The notes: generated from the letters alone by a model not told the origin. Shown: positions 17,135 through 26,020, numbered from the stretch's first letter. The stretch: DNA of 64,000 nucleotides from Limisphaerales bacterium (GCA_044361365.1 JBIKIW010000002.1:137-64136), one strand, 5' to 3'. Program-made: numbers and translations.

Positions 17135-18052
17135 TTAGGATTTTAGTGAATTTAACCAATTTTGATGTGAACTTATGTCTTGTTCAAATTTTTCTTTTAA
17201 GAATTTTAAATCAATATTGTCTTCGTTATTTTTAGTTAGTAAATCGTCAAAAGCGTAAGTACTTCCAAACAATAGATAGTAATACTTATCTAAATACTCT
17301 CTTACTTTTTCTAACAGCTCTGCGGTGTAAGTATTTATAAATACAAAATAAATGTTTGCCCAACGGCTAGTTTTATAAAATTCCTCGTCGTGATGAGCTA
17401 AGAACTTGTTTCTGAATGTGTTTAGTGATATACCATTGCCATTATTTTTTACAACTATAAGCCCACCTTCTTCGGCTGATTTGGTTATTTTTAGTTCAAT
17501 TTCTTTAAACAAGGATATTAGCTCACCTCTTTTAATTTTCAAAGCCTCAAACTTATTAACTGGTAAATTCGCCTCTTTTAATTTTTCAATTCTTATTTTT
17601 TCAAGCTCTTCGTTAGTTTTTTGATTATTTAGCTTCAAGATTTCATAAAGAAGTGATCTTATATCGTAAATATTTTTTGTGTTTTCGTTGTTCAGATAAA
17701 AATCTTCGGCATTTTTCATCAATTCGTTTTTATCAAAAGGTTCTAACATTGGATTTATCAAAGGCTTGTGGACTTCTCTAAAAATACTACCCTCACTACT
17801 AAACAAATTAGTTAATGTAATTACAATTTCTGTTTGAAAAGAAAACATGACTCTACCTAAAAACATGCCATAATTAATTTCTATAAATTTCTGATCTGGC
17901 GACTCTTGGATTATTTTTTGGATATTTTTACCCATTTTTAAAATAGTTTTGGCGTGTAAAATATTTTCTTGTAGCGTGGCGAGGGTTCTTCGATAAAAAT
18001 CTATATGTTTTTGCTCTACTGTATTACTTCTTGCAATGATTGTGTCTTGCAT
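17135..18052 (-). CDS. HEPN-motif protein, Abi-like (AbiU2-type candidate)
   Basis: An all-alpha-looking 305-aa protein with FRNKFLAHHDEE, which is the HEPN Rx4-6H motif with the typical polar residue after R. Its composition is A/T-rich, like the island. Confidence 0.5.
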   Translation of the reverse strand: MQDTIIARSNTVEQKHIDFYRRTLATLQENILHAKTILKMGKNIQKIIQESPDQKFIEINYGMFLGRVMFSFQTEIVITLTNLFSSEGSIFREVHKPLINPMLEPFDKNELMKNAEDFYLNNENTKNIYDIRSLLYEILKLNNQKTNEELEKIRIEKLKEANLPVNKFEALKIKRGELISLFKEIELKITKSAEEGGLIVVKNNGNGISLNTFRNKFLAHHDEEFYKTSRWANIYFVFINTYTAELLEKVREYLDKYYYLLFGSTYAFDDLLTKNNEDNIDLKFLKEKFEQDISSHQNWLNSLKS

Positions 18053-18089
18053 AAATCAAATTAGTGCTTGCTTTATTAACACCTTCCAC

Positions 18090-19208
18090 CTACCTAAAAA
18101 TCAACCCAATTGCGAGTCCCAAAGCTGAGGTCATAATCGAGATTAGCCAGTATCTCATGGTCACCTGATTTCTTTCCCAGCCAATGGCCTCTAGGTGGTG
18201 GTGAAGAGGAGCTGCCAAAAACACCTTTCGCTTAAAAACCTTCTTTGAAAAAACCTGAATCACCGCTGAAAAAGACGTTAAAAACAATATAAATCCGGCA
18301 ATTGGTAAAATATAAATATAGTTTATCAAAATTGCCACTACCCCCACAATCAGCAGACCTCCAACCGTCCCCGTATCTCCCATAAAAAACTTGGCAGGTG
18401 GAATATTGTACCACAAAAAAGCCATTGTGCTTCCAGCCAAAACCATCAAAAGTGCAGTTACATCAAAATATCCTCTTGCAAAAGCAAGCCCCGCAAAACA
18501 CAAATAAACCGGCACAAAAACTCCTCCAGCAAGTCCATCAAAACCATCAATAATCCCGGTTGACCAAGTAAACACAAGTACAATCAAAGTGATTGGAATA
18601 ATTAGCCAAGCTAGATTCATCCCTGCAAGTCCTGGCAAATTTAAGAGGTCAAGCTTGAATCCAAAAACCGAAATCATGTTGATTTGCAACCTAAAGTAAA
18701 ACCACAAACTGATTAAGAAACTAAACCCTGCTACCATCAAAAGCCTTTGATTTAAATGAAGTCCACCACCTTTTCCTTTATAATTACCCTCTTCAGGCAT
18801 GGTGGCTAAAGAATCGTCTATTAAACCTAACATTGAACCAAAAAACAGCGTTCCAAGAGGAATAAAGGTTTCCTGCCTAGAAACAAAATTTAGAAACTGT
18901 GTTAGAGGGGTGCCGTGTATTTTAAGCACCAGCCAAAAAAAAGCCGCTATGGCTAAAGTTGTTCCCCAAATTAAAATTCCTCCTCCTCTGGGGACTAATC
19001 TTTTTTTTTCGTTTTCTTCATAAAATTTAGCCGTGACGACTAGGTTTTCTCCACTTGTAGAAATACTTCGAGAGTGTTTTTTCCAAAACTTCAAATCATA
19101 TAAAATCTCTATCAAAGACGGACCCCACCACAAAGCTAAAAAGAAAGAAAGGGCGGTGTAGGTTAAAATTTTAGCAGCTTCCAAATAAGCTAAAGATACT
19201 GAAGACAC
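18090..19208 (-). CDS. mraY: Phospho-N-acetylmuramoyl-pentapeptide transferase
   Basis: Polytopic membrane protein with GLIDDS, IDGFDGLAGG, FMGDTGTVGGL and APLHHHLE..GW. Confidence 0.85.
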   Translation of the reverse strand: MSSVSLAYLEAAKILTYTALSFFLALWWGPSLIEILYDLKFWKKHSRSISTSGENLVVTAKFYEENEKKRLVPRGGGILIWGTTLAIAAFFWLVLKIHGTPLTQFLNFVSRQETFIPLGTLFFGSMLGLIDDSLATMPEEGNYKGKGGGLHLNQRLLMVAGFSFLISLWFYFRLQINMISVFGFKLDLLNLPGLAGMNLAWLIIPITLIVLVFTWSTGIIDGFDGLAGGVFVPVYLCFAGLAFARGYFDVTALLMVLAGSTMAFLWYNIPPAKFFMGDTGTVGGLLIVGVVAILINYIYILPIAGFILFLTSFSAVIQVFSKKVFKRKVFLAAPLHHHLEAIGWERNQVTMRYWLISIMTSALGLAIGLIFR

Positions 19209-19214
19209 AAAAAA

Positions 19215-19430
19215 CTAGTTTAAAAAATCTCTAAGACTTGCGAGATTAGTTTTAAGAAGTTGATTCAAAAATGATAAGCTAATCACCACTATCAAAATAA
19301 TCATGATTGACAAAATTACCGCCAAAATGTTTTTTAAATTATCAGGTAGTTTTTGAAGTCTTTCAAACATACTTTTAAACATTCTAATCAAGCAGTTATC
19401 ACCTATTTTTGTCAACAATATGAACTCCAA
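19215..19430 (-). CDS. Small membrane protein (71 aa), hypothetical
   Basis: A single TM helix (ILAVILSIMIILIVVISLSF), located directly upstream of mraY. Confidence 0.35.
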   Translation of the reverse strand: MEFILLTKIGDNCLIRMFKSMFERLQKLPDNLKNILAVILSIMIILIVVISLSFLNQLLKTNLASLRDFLN

Positions 19431-20334
19431 AGAACTCAGGGAAAAATTTTTAGAATTTTATCGCCAAAAACAACACGCAATCATTCCCTCTAGTAGCATA
19501 ATCCCGAAAGAAGATCCTACTCTATTATTCGTAAATTCTGGAATGTATCCTATGGTGCCATATTTACTTGGGCAAGAACATCCAGATGGAAAAAGAATTG
19601 CTGACAGCCAAATTTGTATCCGTACAATCGATATTGATGAAGTTGGTGACAATCGGCATCTAAGTATGTTTGAAATGCTTGGGAGTTGGAGCTTAGGTGA
19701 CTATTTTAAAATCGAAACGATAGCTTGGGGAATGGAATTTTTAACATCACCAAAATGGCTAGGATTGGATCCAAATCGACTTTTTGTAACAGTATATCGT
19801 GGAAAAGGGGATGTCCCAGAAGATAATATTGCTATTGAGGAATGGAAAAAGGCTTTTGCAACAGTAGGTATAGAAGCTGATGTCGCTGATGGTCATATTT
19901 TAGATAAAAGTAAACTGCATTCAGGTGAAAAATTTATATCCAAAATTACAAAATTACCAGGCTCAGAAAACTGGTGGGGGCTGCCATATCGCGGACCTTG
20001 TGGACCAGATACCGAGATTTTTTATTTACTTCAAAATAATCCTGTTGATTTCCAAGAAACAGTTTTGCCAAATTTGAACCAAGATGAAATTGCAGACTTT
20101 ATTGAAAATCAAATTGTAGAAATTTGGAATCATGTATTTATGGAATATGTCGGTGAATGGGGTGATGGGAAAGAGCCTATTAATTTGGAGACTCTAGCCA
20201 AGAAAAACATTGATACTGGATCTGGTTTTGAAAGGCTTTTGATGGTTATTAACGGTCTGGACACTGTACATGAAACTGACACCTTAAAGCCAATTGCCGA
20301 GGTTGCTAGAAAATGGAGCCAGACTAAAATTTAG
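19420..20334 (+). CDS. alaS: Alanyl-tRNA synthetase catalytic-core fragment (304 aa only)
   Basis: LREKFLEFYRQKQHAIIPSSSIIPKEDPTLLFVNSGMYPMVPYLLG...RIADSQICIRT.DIDEVGD.RHLSMFEMLGSWSLGDYFK...DTGSGFERL are class II AlaRS N-terminal motifs. The ORF stops right after the catalytic core. Confidence 0.85.
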   Translation: MNSKELREKFLEFYRQKQHAIIPSSSIIPKEDPTLLFVNSGMYPMVPYLLGQEHPDGKRIADSQICIRTIDIDEVGDNRHLSMFEMLGSWSLGDYFKIETIAWGMEFLTSPKWLGLDPNRLFVTVYRGKGDVPEDNIAIEEWKKAFATVGIEADVADGHILDKSKLHSGEKFISKITKLPGSENWWGLPYRGPCGPDTEIFYLLQNNPVDFQETVLPNLNQDEIADFIENQIVEIWNHVFMEYVGEWGDGKEPINLETLAKKNIDTGSGFERLLMVINGLDTVHETDTLKPIAEVARKWSQTKI

Positions 20335-20397
20335 CCCTAAACACCTTGACAGAAAAAAGCATGTTTAAATTTGTTGTTTATACCTAAATTAATAAAA

Positions 20398-20889
20398 ATG
20401 AATACACCCTCACAAATAAAATTACAAGTCGGAGAAATTGCACCAAACTTTTCAGCTGTTTCACAAAATCCAGACAGATCAACAGAAAATATCGAATTAA
20501 ACAAAATTTTAGAATCAGGTAAAAAAGTACTTTTGGTGTTCTACCCTGGTGATGATACTCCAGGTTGCACCGCTCAATTATGTGGGATTAGAGATGTTTA
20601 TAAAGAATATGAAGACCTGGGAGTTGTAGTTTTAGGAGTTAATCATGCTGGAGAAGAATCACATTTAAAATTTATTAAAAAATACGAATTTCCCTTCCCA
20701 ATAGTTGTAGATCAAGACAAATCAATTAGAGCTAAATATGGAGCTGAAAAGTTGTTTTTTAAGAATATAACAACCAAAAGGTCGGTGTTTTTAATTGACA
20801 CAAATAAAAAGATTTTATTTATCAAATGGGGTCAACAAGATAACGAAGAAATTTTAAACATGCTAAAAACTAATAATTTTACTAAATAA
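20398..20889 (+). CDS. bcp: Peroxiredoxin Bcp (AhpC/TSA family)
   Basis: VLLVFYPGDDTPGCTAQLCG active-site motif. I prefer the ATG at 20398 over the TTG at 20371. Confidence 0.85.
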   Translation: MNTPSQIKLQVGEIAPNFSAVSQNPDRSTENIELNKILESGKKVLLVFYPGDDTPGCTAQLCGIRDVYKEYEDLGVVVLGVNHAGEESHLKFIKKYEFPFPIVVDQDKSIRAKYGAEKLFFKNITTKRSVFLIDTNKKILFIKWGQQDNEEILNMLKTNNFTK

Positions 20890-20901
20890 TCATAAATTTA
20901 T

Positions 20902-21339
20902 ATGCCACAAATATCCGCTCAAGATACACAACAAAACACCCAACAAACTCCTGCAACAACTTCAGCAGATCCTTCTCAAAGTTTAAGCTGGAGACCTGAA
21001 GAAGTACCTCAATTAACAGTTGATGTTTACAGGCAAGGTGAGGTTATTTTTGTAGTTTCTACTGTAGCAGGTGTCAATCCTAAAGATTTGGATATTTCTA
21101 TTGAAAATAGCGTTCTTTCGATCAAAGGAGTAAGAAGAAAACCTTACACTGAAGATACTTCTACAATGCTTTTGGAAGAGTGTTTTTGGGGTGAATTTTA
21201 CCGTGAATTAACTATTAATGAAAACATCGATGTTGATTCTATTAAAGCTACCATAAATCAAGGTGTTTTGATTGTTGAAGTTCCACTTTTACAAATTACT
21301 CCTCATAGAAAAATTGAGGTTGATTTCAAGGGTTACTAA
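20902..21339 (+). CDS. Hsp20/alpha-crystallin small heat-shock protein
   Basis: LTVDVYRQGEVIFVVSTVAGVNPKDLDISIENSVLSIKGVRR...GVLIVEVP fits the alpha-crystallin domain pattern. Confidence 0.8.
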   Translation: MPQISAQDTQQNTQQTPATTSADPSQSLSWRPEEVPQLTVDVYRQGEVIFVVSTVAGVNPKDLDISIENSVLSIKGVRRKPYTEDTSTMLLEECFWGEFYRELTINENIDVDSIKATINQGVLIVEVPLLQITPHRKIEVDFKGY

Positions 21340-21538
21340 AAAACTTGGAGCATTGGTTAATATAAACAAATTCTGAATTAAGTTATACGGTTGAATATCA
21401 AAATTTGATCTAAATAGCCTTTTGAGTTTGAGTATATCGTGATATTTACAGTATTAATAAGATTAATTTTGATTAAGAGTATAAACTTTTGCTTGATTGG
21501 TAAAATACAATTAATTAATTCTAAAAAGAGACTTTGCC

Positions 21539-22501
21539 GTGCCTACAAATTTAAAGTTAACCCGAGCTAAAATAGACCAAACTCAAAAAGATTTGTTGGA
21601 AGAATTGATCAGTAAAAAGCTTTATATTCGAAACAGCTTCGACCAAAATCAGTCTGAAATAAGTTCTTTACTTGAGCAGGGTCAACAAAATGCTTTGGTT
21701 TATTTGCAAAGAAATAGGCTAGGTCAAAGTCTAAATTTGTTTGAAGAAAACAACCTATTTACAACTATTGTAGAATTACAAAAAAGACTTGGTCTGCAAA
21801 AAGTACCCCGTAAGATTGAATGTTATGATATTTCTCATTTGTCTGGAAAATTCGTTTATGGCTCGATGGTTACTTTTATAGATGGAAAGCCTGCAAAAAA
21901 GTTTTATAAGCTATTTAAATGTAAGGATCAAAACAATGATTTTGAAAATCATAAAGAAGTTCTAAAAAGGCGATTTGAAAGAGTTTTAGGGGAAGCTGAA
22001 AATACTGTTGAAAAAATTAATTTAAAAAAAACAGGCTGGGAACTGCCAGATTTGATAATAGTTGATGGAGGAAAAGGTCAGCTTTCAGCAGATTTAGAAA
22101 TTGTAGAAAATTATCAAAAAATATTTAAGGAAAAAAACTTGAGCTTTGCGGTAGAATTATGTGCTTTGGCAAAAAGAGAAGAAGAAGTATTCTTACCTTA
22201 CAGATCAAATTCAATTATTTTAGAAAATCAAACCAAATTTTTAGTACAAAGAATTCGTGATGAGGCTCACCGTTTTGCTATCACAAATAATAGAAATAGT
22301 AGGTTAAAAACTGCAGCCAAAAGCCAATTAGATGATGTAGCTGGGATTGGTCCCAAAACCAAACAAAAGCTCTTAGAAGTATTTGGATCGGTACAAAACC
22401 TAACTGATAATTTATTTAACAATTCAGAATTAGTATATGAAGTTGTAGGTAAATCTGCTACAACTAAGCTTAAAAAACATTTTGGGGTGATTAATTCTTG
22501 A
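21539..22501 (+). CDS. uvrC: UvrC C-terminal half (RNase H-like endonuclease domain plus HhH); no GIY-YIG domain
   Basis: KIECYDISHLSGKFVYGSMV, DLIIVDGGKGQL, EEVFLP, RIRDEAHRFAITNNR, and C-terminal LDDVAGIGPKTKQKLLEVFGS (HhH). GTG start. Only 200 nt of noncoding sequence lies upstream. Confidence 0.8.
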   Translation: MPTNLKLTRAKIDQTQKDLLEELISKKLYIRNSFDQNQSEISSLLEQGQQNALVYLQRNRLGQSLNLFEENNLFTTIVELQKRLGLQKVPRKIECYDISHLSGKFVYGSMVTFIDGKPAKKFYKLFKCKDQNNDFENHKEVLKRRFERVLGEAENTVEKINLKKTGWELPDLIIVDGGKGQLSADLEIVENYQKIFKEKNLSFAVELCALAKREEEVFLPYRSNSIILENQTKFLVQRIRDEAHRFAITNNRNSRLKTAAKSQLDDVAGIGPKTKQKLLEVFGSVQNLTDNLFNNSELVYEVVGKSATTKLKKHFGVINS

Positions 22502-22700
22502 TCAACCACTTGTGTTCACCTAAATCAACCACCATTTTGTGACGTCGTCGGTTAAATAAAATAAACAAAAGTAAAGATAAAGGAACGCTAATCAAAAATA
22601 AAACATACAATTCTCCAACCGTCTTGTAGAAATATCGAGGATCGTAGAAACGAACATATCTATCGTAAAAACTCGTAAAAAAATTTAAAAACTCGTTCAT
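22491..22700 (-). CDS. Small membrane protein (69 aa), hypothetical
   Basis: One TM helix (LYVLFLISVPLSLLLFILF). Overlaps the uvrC-fragment 3' end by 11 nt. Confidence 0.3.
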   Translation of the reverse strand: MNEFLNFFTSFYDRYVRFYDPRYFYKTVGELYVLFLISVPLSLLLFILFNRRRHKMVVDLGEHKWLIKN

Positions 22701-22990
22701 TTAATAATTATAGCAAACTAATCAGAGAAAGACAATAACCTGAATAAGCACTGTCTCTAGGTATTTTAGAGACTTGGTTGAACTCTAAAAAGTTTAATAT
22801 AACCTTCTTGAAAAAGTTTTTTTATAAATTAAAATAAGACATACTCAAACCTAAATTAAAATACACAAAGAAAATACTACAACTGTTTGAATGGAGTGAG
22901 TTTTGTAGGCTTTGAGTGTGTGTTTTGGTGCGGGTTTGAGTGTACCTTAAAATCAACTGCAATCAAAGCCTATTTAAGGTCTTTTAAAAA

Positions 22991-23107
22991 TATACCCATT
23001 TCACTAAACACCAACCTAACTTCAAATTGAAACTAAACTCGAAACTCCCCTTTTGAAAGGGGTGGCAGGCAAAGCCTGACGGGGTATGTTTGTGGTAGTA
23101 ATTAGCG
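22991..23107 (+). repeat. Possible degenerate half-copy of MITE family A
   Basis: tatacccatttcac...ccccttttgaaaggggtggcaggcaaagcctgacggggtatgtttgtggtagtaattagcg has the same architecture as the 5' half of family A (tatagaacccatttga...ccctgacaaggggaatgtccgaaggacaaggggttttatggaaattta), but it is strongly diverged. Confidence 0.3.
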
Positions 23108-23156
23108 AAACCGGTATAAGACTTTAGTTCTTAATTACTGCAATTACTCCCAAAAT

Positions 23157-23564
23157 TTACTGTTGACCTCCGTTGGCAGCTTGCAACATGGACATCAAAT
23201 CTCCTAAACTTCCAGTTTCTTGAATTTTTTTAACAATCTCACCTTGAACTTTGGAAATAGCATTATCTACAGCTTCAATGATTGGATTAGATAAGAATTT
23301 CTGACCTTTTTGGTTGTTTTCTTGTTCTTTTTCAAGATCATTTTGAGGTGTAAAGAAATTTTCGTAAATGAATTTGATGATACTAGGATCAATCTGAATA
23401 TCTACAATTTTTTGCTCTCCTGTAATTATTACAGTTACTTTTCCATTTTTACTGGTTCCTGTAACTCTGATTTCTTGTAAAATTTTTTGTAATTTGGCTT
23501 GTTGTTGGCGAACTTTGTTAGCGTTAGAGATTAAACTTCCTGCGTTTTTAATACCTTGAAACAT
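23157..23564 (-). CDS. ybaB: YbaB/EbfC family nucleoid-associated protein
   Basis: KLQKILQEIRVTGTSKNGKVTVIITGEQKIVDIQIDPSI fits the YbaB pattern, with an insertion before the C-terminal helix. Confidence 0.7.
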   Translation of the reverse strand: MFQGIKNAGSLISNANKVRQQQAKLQKILQEIRVTGTSKNGKVTVIITGEQKIVDIQIDPSIIKFIYENFFTPQNDLEKEQENNQKGQKFLSNPIIEAVDNAISKVQGEIVKKIQETGSLGDLMSMLQAANGGQQ

Positions 23565-24717
23565 ATAAAGATTGAGTTTTAAAATTAAATTTAAGTAATT
23601 TTTTTGTGAGACTAAAAACCAATCCTGTCAAAGTTAAGAGATTCAAAAATAGGATTTCTTCGTTACTACTACTGGTAAAAACATTCTGATATTGAGATTT
23701 TAACAGAGTCGAATTATTTTGTTGGATTGAACTTAGGTTTAAAAGGCTAGTTTTGGATGAAAAATTGGTCTCTATTTTAATTTGAGGGGTTTGAATGGCT
23801 TGTGGTATTGATTGTATTGATTTTGAAATACTTGGAGTAGATAATTCTTGTTTTACAATAGAGGAAGTATTTGATATAGGTAAAACTTCTTGAGTAGTAG
23901 TTTGTTTAATAGTTGGGGAGTTTTCAATTTGAAGGTTTGTAGTTGGAGCAGTATTGATTTGATTTACTGGTTGAACTTGATCTATATTTGAAATGTTTTC
24001 TTTGAGTAGGGTGTTTTCGGGTGAAGCTGTTTCAGGATTTTCTATTTTCTCAACAGGTTTAGTTTTGGGGCAGTTAGTATCCAAAAATCCAGGTGTACCA
24101 AAGTTTTCTGTCTGACCATCAAAAAGCTCAGTTGATTTTTGCCAGATACTGTCTTTTTGGCATTTAAAAAAAGACCTTCCTCGAGTGTTTAGATAGTCTG
24201 AGTCTAAAACTGAAGGGTGAATATTTATTTGATCAACCGTTTCTCCATTTTTTTTGAGAATGGCGGTTATATTGTGATTTGATTCTTGTTTGCCTGACTC
24301 TGAGCTTAAATAGAGCAAGTTGTAGCTAGTTACATCCTTGATTGGTAAAACAGAAGCAAAATTTTGTTGAGTAAAAGCCATCACTAAGGCCGTTTCAGCC
24401 TTAACAGAAAACCCTTCTAGGGCAGTCGTTTTACCACCTCGAAATTCCACGCTCCAACCAGATAAGTTGATATCCTCTTTGGTAGGGTTGTAGATTTCTA
24501 TCCACTGATCCTTACCACACCAGTTAGTATTTTTTTCATATAGATTAAGTTTATCGGCTTGAATACAACGACTTGAGCTTAGACTACCTCTAAAATTAAT
24601 TTCGGATATAAATAGATTATTCTCAACAGCAAGAACGGGTAAACCATTAAGGTAGAAAATCCCTAAAATTAGGATAAACAAAAAATTATAAAGATTTTTT
24701 ACAGTCTTGTAAGGCAC
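23548..24717 (-). CDS. Secreted lamin-tail-domain (LTD) protein with a low-complexity S/T/Q/P region and a C-terminal TM anchor
   Basis: Signal/TM segment at the N-terminus. LFISEINFRGS...WIEIYNPTKEDINLSGWSVEF is an LTD signature. Confidence 0.6.
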   Translation of the reverse strand: MPYKTVKNLYNFLFILILGIFYLNGLPVLAVENNLFISEINFRGSLSSSRCIQADKLNLYEKNTNWCGKDQWIEIYNPTKEDINLSGWSVEFRGGKTTALEGFSVKAETALVMAFTQQNFASVLPIKDVTSYNLLYLSSESGKQESNHNITAILKKNGETVDQINIHPSVLDSDYLNTRGRSFFKCQKDSIWQKSTELFDGQTENFGTPGFLDTNCPKTKPVEKIENPETASPENTLLKENISNIDQVQPVNQINTAPTTNLQIENSPTIKQTTTQEVLPISNTSSIVKQELSTPSISKSIQSIPQAIQTPQIKIETNFSSKTSLLNLSSIQQNNSTLLKSQYQNVFTSSSNEEILFLNLLTLTGLVFSLTKKLLKFNFKTQSLYVSRY

Positions 24718-24770
24718 TAAAGTTTTTTAAATACAATCTTTTAAAGATGTCAAAAAAACAAAAAGTAAAG

Positions 24771-25349
24771 CTAAAAAATACTCTCACTTAAATTCCCAAC
24801 TTTTATTTGGTTTTTAGAAGCCACTGGTTTTGCCAGTAACACCTCTTTTTGTTGATGTAAATCAAAATATTTTAGGGTTTTACCACTTCTAATAAGCCTA
24901 AATAAATTTTCAGTCAGTCTAACATCATTTAAGCAATAATCTGCTAATTCAAACCACTTATTTTCTTTATGATAATTTTTAAATTGTTGATACGAATCAG
25001 TTTTAATATCATCAGTTAAATTAGCTTTGCAAAGGTCGTTTAGTTTAATCTTAAATCCAGCCTGCTTTTCAAATTCTAATAAAAGATCGTAACTGGGAAG
25101 TTCACTAAGATTGTATGAGCAGTATTTTTGCAGAACTGGAAAATCAAACCAAAGGTGATTAAAGCCAACTATCAAATCAGCCTCGAGCAATAATTTAAGA
25201 AAATCTTCTATTTCAGACTCAAAAAAAGCTAAATATTTATCAATCCAGCTAATATAAGCACCTACTACAGAGGTTCGAAACTCACTTGTATCGATATGTT
25301 TTAGATAAGATGGGCTGTAGGTTTCAATGTCGAAAGTTATGTAATTCAT
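24771..25349 (-). CDS. DEDD-type 3'-5' exonuclease / RNase H-like domain protein
   Basis: Exo motifs FDIET (I), GFNHLWFDFPVL (II) and YCLNDV (III). Confidence 0.6.
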   Translation of the reverse strand: MNYITFDIETYSPSYLKHIDTSEFRTSVVGAYISWIDKYLAFFESEIEDFLKLLLEADLIVGFNHLWFDFPVLQKYCSYNLSELPSYDLLLEFEKQAGFKIKLNDLCKANLTDDIKTDSYQQFKNYHKENKWFELADYCLNDVRLTENLFRLIRSGKTLKYFDLHQQKEVLLAKPVASKNQIKVGNLSESIF

Positions 25350-25363
25350 AGATTATTAAATAA

Positions 25364-25942
25364 TTAGAACTGGATTTTTGGATTCTTTCTTTCTTCAGTT
25401 GGATTTTCTAGTTCAAAAAAGACTTCTGGTTTGGCTTGAGCAAGACCTTTAAAAAGTACAGTCGGAAACTGGTCTTGAACAGTGTTGTAATCAGAAACAA
25501 CTTGGTTATAAAATCTTCGAGAAGCTAGTATTCTGTCTTCGGTGTTGGTTAACTCCTCTTGAAGTTGGCTAAAGTTTTGGTTGGATTTGAGGTCTGGGTA
25601 ACTTTCTGATAAGGCAAAAAGCTGTCTTAAAGATCCTGAAAGCATGTTCTCAGCAGCAATTTTTTCTTTGCTAAGTCCGGAAATATCAATTGCTTGTTGT
25701 CTGGCCTTGATTACTTTTTCAAGGGCTTCAGTTTCAAAAGTTTTAGCACCTTTGACCGTTTCTACAAGGTTTGGGATTAGATCATATCTTCTTTTAAGCT
25801 GAACGTCTATATCACTAGCACCTTCTCTAGTTTTGTTTTTTAAATCAATCAAACGGTTGTAGCTAGAAATTGCTATAGCGATTATTATTAAACCAATAAA
25901 TGCTAAAATAAGGAGTATAATGAGTGTAAGTGTAATTGTCAT
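25364..25942 (-). CDS. lemA: LemA family membrane protein
   Basis: N-terminal TM helix, then YNRLIDLKNKTREGASDIDVQLKRRYDLIPNLVETVKG (LemA signature). Confidence 0.8.
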   Translation of the reverse strand: MTITLTLIILLILAFIGLIIIAIAISSYNRLIDLKNKTREGASDIDVQLKRRYDLIPNLVETVKGAKTFETEALEKVIKARQQAIDISGLSKEKIAAENMLSGSLRQLFALSESYPDLKSNQNFSQLQEELTNTEDRILASRRFYNQVVSDYNTVQDQFPTVLFKGLAQAKPEVFFELENPTEERKNPKIQF

Positions 25943-26020
25943 AATTTTAAGTTCATATAAAAATTTCTTTTTAATGTTAGGTTGTCAATTTATAGTTTTA
26001 GTTTAATTTTAAGTTTGTTT

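Larger units (their letters stand above)
8805..18085 (-). mobile_element. Integrated element / genomic island abutting the tRNA-Gln 3' end (right boundary uncertain: somewhere from 16.7 to 18.09 kb)
   Basis: Contiguous unidirectional minus-strand gene block: integrase, R-M, HTH, Rep, SpoVG, unknowns and a HEPN protein. Visibly more A/T-rich than the flanks. It sits between core genes mvk/tRNA-Gln and mraY. Confidence 0.65.

Noticed and set aside
16700-18090. Search for a direct repeat of the tRNA-Gln 3' end (attR-type duplication) at the far side of the island.
   Set aside because: No convincing copy was found. The only resemblances are gttcgaa...gaaccaa at about 16958-16986 and ggttctaacatt at 17739-17750, compared with ggttctcaacatt at 8843-8855. 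Both are short, the second lies inside the HEPN coding sequence, and both are compatible with chance in A/T-rich DNA. Serine integrases also do not require long repeats. The right boundary therefore stays undefined.
23548-23700. LTLTG near the C-terminus of the LTD protein as an LPxTG-type sorting signal for the sortase at 55976-56728.
   Set aside because: The motif sits inside the hydrophobic helix (ILFLNLLTLTGLVFSL) rather than preceding it. It lacks the Pro and fits a plain C-terminal TM anchor better.
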